A DNA stretch of 64,000 nucleotides, taken from contig NIVC01000525.1 of the NCBI GenBank assembly GCA_002269645.1, positions 315,998 through 379,997 on the forward strand, given 5' to 3'. Both the position numbers and the translations under genes were made by a program. This document shows positions 32,881-46,053 of this stretch, piece by piece. The notes under the pieces are model-generated. The model did not search any database. It had not been told where the DNA came from and was given only the letters and a program-made list of their open reading frames with translations. Each line of letters starts with the position of its first letter. Position 1 is the stretch's first letter. This stretch comes from Macrostomum lignano (Eukaryota).

Positions 32881-35311
32881 TGTGGTGGTGCAATATGCTC
32901 ATTCGAATCCTCAGCTACCAAGCCCCTACAAGTAATATCTCGCTATCGACACATCCCTAATAACAGATTTCTGATGATGTGAAGCGATGAAAGCTGTGTA
33001 AAAATAAGTAAAAACCGCGGTCCGCTGGATCACGCAGAAATTAGTCTCTGAACACAATGGCGATGTGAAAGAGCCTTAAGCCGTTAAAGTAATTGATTGA
33101 GGCGGCAAATGCCGAAATCTATTTTAAAAAGTTCTACTTTTAGCTGCTTTTTGAACTTTTCAGAAGTTCAGCACGCGGGAAAAAATTCTCGAAATTAATT
33201 GAATTAATTAACAACTCGCGGAATTTTCACATTTTTCACATTTTACTTCAACTTCAATCGCATATAATACAACTTTCTTGCCCGCAATTTTACAGATTTA
33301 AGTCTTCGAAAATAGCAGAAAATTTGTGAAAATTTAAATCAAATTCAAATAATTATCTAAAAGATAATTCAAATATATAAAAGAAACAAGTCAAAATTGA
33401 TATGCAGACTATTTTCTTCGCGAATTCACTGTACTTAGTGCTGAATAGGATATAAAAGTTGCAATACATCCTACTCGCTTCTGTTTATACCGTCTAGTCT
33501 CTAAATAAGGAGGCTTCATTATCAGCCAGAGCTTTATTCCCCAATGCAATCAAAAAGGACGAATCAAAAACCGAGAACAGAGCATCAAGTACTGATTGAT
33601 TTTCTGACTTAAGAAGTTTGTTATAGATTAGATTAACAAACAACTATAATTCAGCACTATAAGCCAGAGCACGCCCCTTTTAACATAGTTACTCAAGCAC
33701 CGATGCTTATAACTAATTAAATTTGCCGGCGGTTTATAAACTAACCGGCATAGCTAGAGCCAAGTCTACTTGATAGCTACTAGGCCTTAAAACCTTGATG
33801 TCAAGATTTCATCACCGCAGGCGATATATTTTAGGGTACATGACAGCCCATTTTCACTAGGAAGAGGGAGCAGCTAACGAGGGGAGGCATCTTGGCATCG
33901 CGGATATAAAAAACGCAGGTAAATAATGCAAAAATTTAATTTTCCCAGAATCAGACGCAAAGCAGGGCCTAAGAAGCTTTTGCGGTGGAAAATTGGCAAA
34001 CAGGTCTCCCAGGGGGAAGGGAAGCTACCAACCGAATTGGTTATTAAGCTACCAACTAGCAAGAGCAGCCACTCAGGCCCCCGCTTTTTGAGCAATAAAT
34101 CCCAAAGCTATATGGGAATATGGGAGCAGTCGGAGCAATCGGCCGGGATACAGGACCAACTGCGCAAAAATAGGGGAAGCCAAGAGCGGCAAATCGGGCA
34201 TGGAGTTTGGGATTGGCAGAGGGGAGGGGGAAATTAGAGCGAGGCCAAACCTTCTTGACTTACGCCCGCCAGATTATCAATAGGAGGAAAAATGAAGCTC
34301 GGGAGAGATGAAATTTGGCGTCGGACGGTTGCCAAGTTGAAATATAAGGATAGATTGGGCAAGTACGAATAATAAATTGGCAATGAACTGAGCATGTCTG
34401 CCCCGGCGAGTGTGGGGAAACTTGATTTGCATAGAAGTACAGAAAGCGGGGAAGGGAGACAGGGGAGGACGCGGCCAAGCAGAATTGGGGTGGGATGGGA
34501 GGCAAGTTTTAAGAAGACCGAGACAGACAAGTCACGGATGGTGGAGTCCAATTTCGAGGCGCAGGAGGCAACCGCTGCACTGCGGACAGGGCTGCGCTGT
34601 ACTTTCTGTTCAGTGAAAATGAGAACGGTGTGAAAGTACCCTTGTACTATGCTCATCTGAATTGTTAACGCAGAACAATCTAGTGAACAAAGAATCCTAG
34701 TTTTATTTATCTCTTCTAAATTGGCGGTTTTATTGGTGACTAAAAATTAGAGAAATTGCCTCAAACTGCTTTTAATTGGATAGCCATCGTTTAGAGGTAA
34801 ACTCTTGATAAAAATTATCACCAAGGAAGCTGATGGCCAAGCCTGCATCTGCTTTTGTACTGATTTTGGAATTTGAATCCTTATAAAAAACACGGCTAAG
34901 TGAGTTCAAACTTTGAGCTGTGCAGCGAAGGCAAAGTTAAAATCGAATCGATGGCCTTTATAAACATTGGCATGGTTAATCAATCGCTAGTTATAATTTG
35001 AGCAAACAGAGGTCGCCAATCAGAAAAAAATCAATTCGCCGAGGAACATGAAAAGCGGGACAAACTAATTCAAAGGACGGCAGGCAGGCGATTGTTGCCC
35101 CTTGCACCAAGTAGCAGAAGTTCAATAAGCATTTGAGCACGAAGGAAAATAGGGAAAAATGAACGATGACCACCCACCCTGACCCCGACTGGCTAAAGAG
35201 CACGCACGTAGCTTGATCATGGTCGCAGGCCCGAAAACTTATATTTGTCATAAAGTCTCAAATTAAAATTCATATCGAAGGTTTTGAAGGTCTATAATTC
35301 TAACGGTGAAC

Positions 35312-35759
35312 CACAGATACTAGAATAACTAGATGGGCCACTCAGCACATCTGCGTGTAAGCTACTTTCAGTTCAGTAGTATAGGTTAAACAAAAGCATT
35401 TTAATGTATTTTAATTTAAAGCGAAGGCTCATTGACTTTTACCCACCAGCCTCAGCCCTGCAACCGCGCCTTTCCACACAACCCCCCGCCCCGTCCCAAT
35501 TTTTATTGCCTTTCTCGGAACCCCAGCCTAAAGCTGCCATGTACATTTCAGTAGACTGGCTAATGTACATTATCGCTAAACCAATTAGCAAGTTGTTTAC
35601 GCCTTAAAGCTTGGGCTTCTAAACTTATCAGTCATTTCAGCTGCCTTACTTTCTTTAAAATAGCTTATGTATTCTTCTTTGCTACTGAACTGAAAGTAGA
35701 AAGCTGTTTTACTACGCATATATGCCTGAGTGGCCCATCTAGTTATTTTAGTATCTGTG
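35312..35759. mobile_element. MITE with CACAGATACT termini (copy b, inverted relative to copy a)
   Basis: Same TIRs and body as 8660..9095. Flanks are CGGTGAAC and CGGTGAAA. Confidence 0.88.
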
Positions 35760-35964
35760 CGGTGAAAAAGAAGCTCATCCAAGTCGCTCAAAAGCTCAAC
35801 TCAAAGAAATTAAAAGTTTTGTCAGTGCTTTACGAAAAAAAGCAGATCTTAACTAAGGAATTAGCTAATCAAGTTGGACAGTGGAAAGTCGACAAGAAAC
35901 AAGCGAATGCCATTTTAGCTACCTCTGAGTATGAGCACACATGGTCAAGGACAAGTTTACAGTG

Positions 35965-36162
35965 GCCCTGACTGACTTGTGCATCGTCAGGCATAAAGCC
36001 CGATACCTTACCAAGGTTGGCCTACCGGCACGCGAGTTGTACGACACGGTCTCTAGATTTAGTTCCGTGCACGAAGTCTTAACACCAAATTAATGCAGTC
36101 ACGCCAGGGATCGAACTCAGGTACGTTATTGCGACAGTCCAACGCGTTACCACTCATCGCCT
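35965..36162 (-). mobile_element. tRNA-derived SINE (family 3, related to family 2)
   Basis: Minus-strand head GGCGATGAGTGGTAACGCG ... GAGTTCGATCCC. It shares the CCAAATTAATG segment next to the head with 14765..15123. The left end is uncertain. Confidence 0.55.
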
Positions 36163-37269
36163 ACCCTTACCGAACGTGTAAAATTAAGTTCAAGAAAACT
36201 GAAAAACCCTAATTTTAAATGCTCAAGACGGATACACAGGGGCCAGTTGAGGTTAACACATCGTTAGCTTTGCACATAAATCAGAGATCTACCCTGCCTT
36301 ATATTGCTCAGGGAGCAGGCAGTCGGCCACCCACACAAGCACATTTTGCTGCTGCTCTAATAAATTATTAACAACTGCCTGTTCCCAAGAGAAAGTAAAA
36401 AAACGGAAGTAGAGCAGATGGAAGAATGCGCGTGAAACCGGGACTAAGATAGGCTAAGATTGATTGAGATTTGGTTGAGGAAGCTTTGCACCTCTGGCGA
36501 ACGGTAGGGAGCCAACCCCAAGCTGCCAATTAGTAACTAAGCTATAAACCGCGGCAAGCTCGCACATTAAACTCAATATACTGTAAACTAAAACTTCCCT
36601 TATAAATGAGGGGAAGGCATCAATCAACTCTGCAGAGCTCACAGACTTGATTGATTTTAAATCAAACTTTTAATCAGTCAACTTCCAATTCATGTTTCTT
36701 TTATTTAAGGTCCTTTTCTAATACCCAAGTAACTGTGAAGCGTTAATATTAGAAATACGTAATAACATTGGAAAAACAGTTCCTATAAGCAAAAGGGCCA
36801 CTTCAAAGAATATTTCTATAGGTGGCTGCTAAATTCCTAAGTACACCCTTTGAAGTTGAATTATTCGAATAGTTGACTGTCCCAAGTATTTAAAATTAAC
36901 ACAATTATTGCTACTTTCAGTAGTAAGTAAGACAAATAAAAGAGAATATAATCTGCAAATCTTCAATATATAGACCTAATATTTTTTTCTTGAATTAAGA
37001 AATGCATTAAAGGAAAAAACCTTTGCATGCCTAGAGGCAAAAGACAGCCCAATTTAATACGCTAAGAATACATGGCTTGTTGATAATACTCTGTGTGGGA
37101 AAGGGATGCAGGTCCAATGTTGATAGTGATAGATAACAACAAAAATTATAGTGAAAAGGAGCTGATGGACGAAGTTGAAAAGTTTCTAAAGATGGTAGTT
37201 GAAAGAATCATTGGCCCTGTTTAGAGCTAGAGAGGCTATTGCAAGAAGAAGACTGATGAATAGTTCATA

Positions 37270-37892
37270 AGTGTTCTGCTATAGCCATAGATCCTACAGC
37301 AAATATGGTAAAATAGGTGCCTACAGTAGCTATGGATATGCCTACGGTAGCTAGCTGCTCTTATGGCTAAAACTATGGAAATATAGTAGTTGCTGTCATA
37401 TTCTGTAGATTCCCGTAGCCATAGTTATTAATTTAAAAAATTGAAAAAATATTAGAAACAGGTAGAATAAAACAAAGATACTTTAGTAAATTGTATTATC
37501 AACTTAAAAACTTATTAAATATACACAATAAATTACAATAAAACACTAGCAAACTCTAATTTTTATTATTATGAAAAAGTTCAGCATAAGTACAGTAATT
37601 ATTACGTATTATTGCTCTGTAAAAAGACAAAATATAATCTTACAAAGGCAATTGAGTGTTTCTTTTATTTTCTAGCTTAATTTGCAATTGTTTAAGCACC
37701 AAGTTATCTTCTTGTTTCAAAATATTTTGTTTTCTAGACTTTTTGTTAAAACTACAGCTACAGCTATAGGAACTATGGGAATATGATAACATTGGGGTCC
37801 CTATGGCTATGGAATATGGATAATTAGAATATGCCATAGTTTTACTTACAGCTATGGCTACAGTACATAGACCCTCATTACAGCAGAACACT
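37270..37892. mobile_element. hAT-like MITE
   Basis: 11-bp TIR AGTGTTCTGCT, 8-bp TSD AGTTCATA/AGTTAATA, and CTATGG/CCATAG subterminal repeats. Confidence 0.7.
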
Positions 37893-39240
37893 AGTTAATA
37901 AGTCAGGAAGCTGGCCTTGGTCAGGCTATTAGAGAAGGCCTAGGCATTAGTCCAATGTCTTTCAAAAGGGCTTTAGGATAGGGCTTACCTAATTTGTACC
38001 TACTTTGTTATCTAATTAGTGTAATAGGAGTAAGGATTAAATTAAAAGCAAATATTAACTGCTTTAAATATAGCCTAACAAAGTAGCTTTGGTCAAAATA
38101 ATGTTTTACCTAAATTTTCTAGCAGTTCAATGTTCTAATTTGGTACAAAATTTATGCCATTATGCTTTGGGTTAAAATGCCTTAAATAATGACAATCAAA
38201 CAGTATTAATAAACATTAAACACACTTTTAATTTTTGCTATATATATTTGAAAATATTTTGTACAACAGATAATTTGAAATCCAAAGTGTATTCTTTTAA
38301 AACCTAATCATGTACCTTTAACAATTCTTAAATTCTGTCTTAATCTTAACACTGTGTTCCTACTTTTGCTTAGGAGTTTAATCTTTTAATAGCTATTCAA
38401 GGGCATAGCTACCATGTTTATATAGTGGTCTAAAATACTAGGGACATGGTAGCTATACATACAAACCTACTATAAATAAGGACAAGAAACTAAATTTCTT
38501 GAAAATTTTAGGCAGGTTTTTTTATCAAAAAATACACTATGAAGATAGTAGTTTTCATTTTTTTAGCAAAAAATGGTATTGCTTTTGCTTCTGATAGGCA
38601 GTGCTATGATTAGCAAAGGGCCATTTTTTTCATGCCTCAAAAAATTTTCATTAATATTTACTAGTTTAAATAACATGCTAACTACATATATATACATGTA
38701 GAAAACCTATATTTTTATGTTTTTTTGATACTTTTTCTAGCTCTAAGGTTCAATCCATGCTATAGCAATACTCTACTACTCATAAAAGTTTGGCTTGCAC
38801 AACTAAAAAAACTGAAAAGAAAGAAAAAAACCATCAACCATCAAGATTTTTTATCTAGAAGAGAACTATCAATCAATTAAGCTTGCAAAATAATCAATTG
38901 CAACCTTGTAAATACTTTTAGTCAGATTGATATATTTAGCTACTTGAAAAATATTGGGCTCATAACTACTACCCTAGACAATGCCAAAAAGCAGCTAAGG
39001 TATTGGTACATAAGTTTTTCAACCTCAGTGTGACTGGCAGAGTTGAAGCAGTCCAATTTTTGGCTTGTAGGCAAGATTGTGTCACAAAAAGTGCTTTGAC
39101 AATGTGCAAAGCAAGGTTAGTATGCTTTTTTATCTATATAATCTATGTAAAATATAATCTATAGAAAATACTACATTGATGTATATAAGTCCCACATTTG
39201 AGTTGGTAGCCATCTAGGAGAAAAGTTAGATAGGCCCTAT

Positions 39241-39505
39241 CAATGGTGTAGCCAAGAATTTCAATTGGGAGGGGGGCCAGGTTGGCCTGGCTAGTCATGC
39301 CTTTTGCCATTAAATGCCATTGCCACTTTTGGTGCCACAAGTGCTCATTTTAATGCCACAGGCATTCATTTTGATGCCGCAAGCATTCATTTTGGTGTCA
39401 CAGGCACTCAATTGCCTCCTGGTTTTGGTATCCACCATGCCCAACCCTACCCTCTAGGCGATTAGGGGGAGAAGGAAAGGGGTAGCCCCCTTGGTTATGC
39501 CACTA
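39241..39505. mobile_element. hAT-like MITE (decayed CAGTGGCGTAGCC-type TIR)
   Basis: Ends CAATGGTGTAGCCAAG and CTTGGTTATGCCACTA, with a perfect 8-bp TSD GGCCCTAT. Confidence 0.8.
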
Positions 39506-39817
39506 GGCCCTATATAAATTATACCAACATTTGCCTAGCTGGCTTGCTTAGCTTACTATTAATACCTATAAAAAGGCACTTGCCACTTGAAACTTTCTAT
39601 TGACCATTGATAGATAATTTGATTTTTACTAGCAAAAAAATTGCACTAGGCCTAGCCTAGTTGGCCATTGGCCCTAATAAGGGCTTAGTATTAGTACTAG
39701 CACTCATTATTTATATGGTACCATGTAAATAATACTGTTTTTATTCATTTGTAGATATAGAAAATTTTGAATGGGAGAGGCACAAACTACTAAGGTACAT
39801 ATTAGTGATGGATTTGA

Positions 39818-40160
39818 CAGTGGCAGCACAGGGGGGCAAGGGAGGCAGCTGCCCCTGGGTGACCACCTTACTATCCCCACAGCCTTGAAAAAGACCCTAG
39901 GAAAGGAGGGCAAATGGTCACCCCTGCCTTGCAACTTGTATCAATGATTAATAATACATTTTTATAAGAATTTTTAAGTTGTGCATTTGTTTTATAAGAA
40001 GTATAACATAAATTGTTTATAATTTTTTATTTTCTTAGAAAATAATCTGGTTTGTTCGAATTCAAATGTTTTTTTTGTTTAATTACAATTGGTAGGGGAA
40101 AGGGGATGACCACCTAATTACTGCACCCCCATCCTAACCAAAGATACTGCGCCGCCATTG
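39818..40160. mobile_element. Degenerate hAT-like MITE
   Basis: Ends CAGTGGCAGCAC and GCGCCGCCATTG; flanks GGATTTGA and GGATTCAA (6/8 match). Confidence 0.55.
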
Positions 40161-41054
40161 GGATTCAAATATTTAGATTTGGAATCTAAATCCAAAAAAT
40201 GTCTTACTTTTTTTAGAAATATGAAGGTTTTTGATTTGGATTTTTTGTACATTTAAATTCTGTTTTAAAAACTTGCAAAAATTCACATTCAGTCTATATC
40301 ATGTATCATATAATGTACAAATATTATATAGGCCTAATGATATATTTTTGTCTACATAAAAATTATAAATCTAATTTCATAGGGCCTGCGCCCTATGTGC
40401 CCTCTCTAAATCTACCACTATGGTTATTTACATTGTAATTAAAATATAGGATACAGTTGAAATTGTCATCTTTTTAAATTGTTATATGAATATGATGATA
40501 ACAACTTGGCCAATCTATAATACTTTACCATTTAATTTGAATATGACCAATTTATCAAATTTCTTGGAATTGAAACCAAATCAAACAAAGTAACATAGGA
40601 CCCTAGAATAAATTAAAGCTAAGGAATAATATCTTGAATAAAGTTTAAAAATAGACCCTACATATGCTTTTAATTATAGAGTTACCAAATCATTATAACA
40701 CTATTTTATATCATTCATTCCTAGTTAAACCTTGAATATTTAGCTCATTTAGGCCTATTAACTTTAATATAGAAATTAGGCCAAGGCTTTGCATCTTTTA
40801 AGTGGATGCTAGGCCTAGGCCTATGAATGTAATTTAAAGTTGAAAATCTTTTGTTGGCAAACAAGAATATATTGCCACTATGAGCCAAGATCCTTGCATA
40901 GCCAATGAAACATCTAGGACTATTTAACTAACATATCTAACTAAAAAAATTCAAGTTTTCTTTGTAAAACATAATATGATGATTTAGTGAATTCAACATT
41001 GTCTAAATGCAAAGACAATGACAATTTAGTTGTTTTTTTTGTAATCTACATATG

Positions 41055-41585
41055 ATGGCTTCCAAACAGTCTGGTGACAAGACAATCTGGCAATAAACGA
41101 TACAGCAACAGTCAATCTAGTGATAGACAATCTAGCAACAGATATTAAATCAATATATATTCAGCATATATAGGCCCCCTAACAATTTTTGGTTCTTTGA
41201 CTTTCGAATATTGTTGCAAATACAATATATACAATAATATTGATCATAGTCATACAAACTTGCTTTCCAAATAGATTAAATTGATTGTGCTTTGAAAATA
41301 ACATTTAAAAAATCAACAGCTAATGTCAGCTATATATAGCTGTGAAAATATAATTGCAACAATTATAGTTTATATAGGCCTAATTGTTTTTTAATTAATT
41401 CAATCAAAATAATCAAATTAATAAGTAATAATAAAGAGCTAAAAATAATAGCTCAACTAATCTATATATATGCTGATATATGTTGACTTAATATCTAACA
41501 CAGGATTGTTTGTTGCTGGATTGACTGTTGCCAGATTGTCTGTTGCCAGATTGTCTTGTTGCCAGAACCAGATTGACTAGATACC
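41055..41585. mobile_element. Degenerate foldback/MITE with inverted subterminal repeat arrays
   Basis: GACAATCTGGCAA-type repeats at 41065-41145 are mirrored by TTGCCAGATTGTC repeats at 41505-41580. Confidence 0.5.
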
Positions 41586-43095
41586 CATATGAGGATCTTG
41601 AAAATGATGACTTTGGTTGGAGCCAAAAATATATATACTATATATTTATAGGCCCTATCAATAACTTTAGGTGTTAGACCTAACTGTATTAGATTTTTGA
41701 ACTTTTTATATAGAACTACAAAAAATTAGTATTTTTGTTCAATTACGTTAAAATGAATCTGTTTAAAAACCATCTTTGTTTTCACTGTTTTACAAATCTT
41801 CCAAATAAACTACATGTATTGAATACTGAATAGTATCGAGTACTTTGTTAAAACTTTTTGTCATTAAAAGGGTTAATTTTAAATATTTGCTATGCTTAGC
41901 TGCCAGCTTTACTTAGAACAACCAAACAACCCAAAGTTCGAGGCGAATGAGACTTGCAAGATTCAACTTTCAATATATAATAATAATGATAACATTACTA
42001 ATAATAATGACAATATTGATTTAATGTCAGTACACAAAATTAAATACAAACAACTGCACAATTCTAGCCATGGGGATAAGCTGAAAATTATTGACACGGA
42101 TCCATGTGGATAAAATTGTAATTATTGACACGGCCTATATAGACTTGAATGGTGGCAGCTATTTCCATAACTTGAATAAGCTGCTGTGGGGACAAGCTAG
42201 AAATTATTGACACGGATCAGTGTGGATAAAATTGGAATTATCGGCACGGGACCGTGGGGATAAGCACTTCCTTTTTATAATCTTTAGGCCTAATAATAAC
42301 ATAAAATAATCTAAATAACGCCTTTTAATATAGCCATAGACTCATTAGCAACAGAAAAATTCCTAGGCTAGGGCGCTTCTGACGGATGTCGGATGACCAT
42401 CGAACTAGCTAGCCAGCCTAGCCTGCCGTTGCGAAACAATTAATACTGAATAGGAAATCGCCTCGGCGCAGCTCGGCTTGAGCGGCTCCGTACAGCCCTC
42501 CATCTATTATCAACATTGTTAATTGTTAGCTGTTAGATTTGGCGCTTGCGAAAAGCGAAGCATATAAACTAAAACAAACAGCATTTTACAATTAATAGTA
42601 AGAGTAAGAGAATTTGGCTCAGGCAATTAGCCTGTTTGGCCAATATATTATAGAGCTATGTATTTGGAATTTTCGAATATAGAAGTTTATAAAGACGATT
42701 TGACGACGATTTGCTAAGTTATTGTAAAAGATAAAGTATTTGAAAGCGCGCCAGAATTTTTACGGTATTTTTAGACGAAAAGTGACGACTAACAACTAAC
42801 AACGAGTATAAATATTAATACAAAAATGAGTACAAATTACGAGGTATAGCTTTAATTGCGAGATTACTTTGGTAAGCGAGTTTGTAAAAAAAAAAAAAGA
42901 CTTTTAGTATTTTTGAAAGCGCGTGATATTTCAAAGCGTGAAAAACGAACATAAACAATACTTCGAAAGAATTTTACTTTTAACGAATAACGACGATTTA
43001 AATATAGGAAATTAAAAAAGACAGTAAATGAATAAACAACTGAAAAGCGGATTTGTTACACTGCTGATGTATCTGATTCAGTTTGTTTAACTGTT

Positions 43096-44153
43096 TTAGC
43101 TATTCATGACTTCATATATTTTAGCTACACCAGTGAGCTCTTTTCTGACTCTTTTTTCATTAGTAGCATATCCTATCTTGTGTATTTGATTGCTATTTAA
43201 GAGGTATTGACAGAAGTATTTTTTCCTGATCTCTTCAGTTTGTGGACATTCGGTCAAGTAGTGTAGAATGTCAGAACCATTTCGCGCTCCACACATTTTA
43301 CATGGTTCTTGAGAAAAAAAGTTGGGTGTAATCTCGCATTTCAGTTTTAGGAGGGTTGTTAAGAATTTTTTGTTTCTAAATGTACATGGAAAGAAATCTG
43401 AAAGGTCGGGCCTGCAGATTTTTTTGTAGAGATAGGCGTTTTTGTAGAGTTTAATATGTTGCTGATTCTCTAGCTTTTGGCTAAGTTCTCTTTCTCTGTG
43501 TATCTTGAGGTGCTTTTTCACTAGGTATTTCTCGTTATTAAAGCTTTGGGAAAGTTTATCTTCAGTTAGTGCTTTTAGGTCTATACTTTCTAGTTTCTTT
43601 AGTACATTCATTTTCCATGGATTTTTTTGGCCGGTGTTTGAGTAGAAAATTTCTAGAGTCGTTTGGCAGAGTTTTTTGTGTCTAATCTTCAGCCAGTAGA
43701 TGAGGTAGGTTTTAGCGATTCGTTGAGAGATTGGAGTAAGCTCAAGTTCTGATGATACCACACTGTTGCTAGCAAATTTTGGTAGATTGAGGAGATATTT
43801 GTAGAATTTCAGCTGAATATTATCAATAGCTTTTGTATCAGACATGGTAGCCAGAGGGCCCCAGAGCTCACAACCGTAAGTGATAACGGGGGTAACAAGC
43901 GCGTCAAATAGTCTGCGAATGAGTGTGATGTCTAGGGACGTATTCTTTACCCTATGGAGTAGGGAAAACATGGCTGTATATCCCTGCTTAGTTTGGTGTT
44001 CAATACATTTTTTAAAGCTGTTTTTTGGTTCAAAAATAATTCCCAGGTATTTAAATTCATTTACTTCCTCTATTTCTTGGTTGTCGTAGTATATTTTTGT
44101 AGCAATGCTTTCTGTGTCGTTTTTTTGTCTGGTATTGCCCGCAATACCAGACA
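43096..44153 (-). mobile_element. 5'-truncated non-LTR retrotransposon (LINE), ORF2 C-terminal part
   Basis: An open frame of about 350 codons contains EEVNEFKYLGIIF (RT thumb), LFDALVTPVITYGCELWG and FYKYLLNLPK, and a C-terminal CKMC...H...C zinc knuckle. No YADD motif or endonuclease domain is retained. Confidence 0.88.
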
Positions 44154-45001
44154 GCAGTCAGTCTGCGGACCAAATTCAAAAGTTGTGTTTATTATACGAG
44201 TAAAGCAAATTAAATATCTGATTGAATATCATCATTTGATCATTGTCTACTATAATAAAACAATAGAAGGGTTTTTTGCTAAAAATGTTTTATCAACTGA
44301 CAAATAATTTTTATATCTCCATTACTTTAAAACTCAGCTTCCGAGTTTTTTACTATAATAGCCTTATGCAATCGCTTTAAGGTTGTATGAAGGGCTCCCT
44401 GTAATCTAGAATCAGAAAAATCGTAGAATAGAATCAATGTTAGCTAGTAGGTCTACTAAAGCACGAATATTTTTATTTTGTGAGGAACTCAGGTTTTCAA
44501 TGGCAATAACAATTAGTAAATTAGAATTGCTTTTTCTGATAAAAAGTAGAACCGTGGCTTTATGTTTTCGATCTTTACTTACATACAGTTTTACACGTAG
44601 CCACAGGAATTTTTTCACGCATTTTTTAAAAACTCTTCCAATTTCCATCCTCGACTTCTTCTATTCAAAGAATGGTTTCGCGTGTTGTACAGATTGTGTA
44701 GCTATACATTTAGGTAAAAAAATATAGAAAATCTATTTCGTTTTGTAGTCATTAAATTATTCCAAGTGCTATTTAAAATTTCTGCAATATCTTTCGCAAT
44801 AGCTAGGTGAAAGCCACTAAGCAGTGAGTGGCGTTTATAGCAGTTTAAAGAGGTGGGGCTACAACCCACTTGGGTCAATTTGGCTCATTGTCATTACTTG
44901 TTCCCGTCTCATCGATAGCTAGAGATTTGAGGGCGGGCTAAACCGTAAAGGCAAAATAACTGAAGGGCGAGACTGCGAGAGCAAATGGCGAAGCGTCATT
45001 C

Positions 45002-45035
45002 CAGGGACTACTCAAACATGTTTGAGTAGTCCCTG
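45002..45035. mobile_element. 34-bp perfect palindrome with 8-bp TSD (minimal hAT-like element)
   Basis: CAGGGACTACTCAAACA|TGTTTGAGTAGTCCCTG, flanked on both sides by CGTCATTC. Confidence 0.8.
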
Positions 45036-46053
45036 CGTCATTCTTGATTGAATTGTACATGTACAAGGTTTTTATTGGAATTTATATTACATGTTCGTGC
45101 AGTTACTACAGTAGCTACACATGGAAGTTTATCTAGTTACATAGAAAAAATTTACTACATTAAAGGCCTTGTTGTACTGTTAACTATTACATGTACATTT
45201 ATGTATGTACTCTAAAACGAGTAAATCAAGGTGATAAGAACACAATTTAAAAACGATCAACTTGTGTGTAGTACATGTAATATTATTGCTTCAGTATATT
45301 TTATTATTACGATTGCTACAACGCAATTAAGCGATTAAATGTTTGCAAAACAATTAGAAATATTCAAATATAACATAAAACAAAGGACTTCGATGGTCCC
45401 ACGATAAAACTTCTTTTTTTATCTACTTTAACTTTTCTTTCAAAGCGATCGAGACATATTGGGAGAATTGTACAGTAATAAAAGTGCAGCTTTAATTTGA
45501 TGTTTAAAAAAATTAATTTTTATATTACAGAAATAATTAATCAAATTAAAACACTGTCAAAAAGTACGAACAAAAGTCTAAGAAGACTAATTATAGTAGC
45601 TAAAACATAACAGTATATAATTGCAACACGGCTTGAACAGGTAAACAAATAGGTCAAATGAATTAGGCAATCGCTTAACACAATAAAAAGTAACAAAATA
45701 AATTTAATGCTTAGTATTTCTGTAATCTTTTGAGAATTTTTCAAAACGCACATGTAAGACTGAACCACATCGAAAAAAATTAAAAATAAAAAAACCGCTC
45801 GCATACTCAAAATGCAGCACTTTTTGCTGAGACGATATCGACTGCCCACTCTTCCAATGCATACCAATAAACCATAAATTCAGTTAACCAACTTTTATCA
45901 AAAAATCAATCCAAGGGTATACAAAAGCATCAACGAGGGGTTAAAATCAATAAAATTCGCTTCCTAAACTGATTTGTTAACAGGGGATATTTGATGGATT
46001 CAAGATCGAAAATAGAATATGCAAATGGAAATATCGGTAAAAATTATACTGCT

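Noticed and set aside
28690-33000. Hammerhead-ribozyme-like CUGAUGA motifs (33-bp repeat on the minus strand, 30749, about 32972)
   Set aside because: None has a correctly placed GAAA with formable stems I-III.
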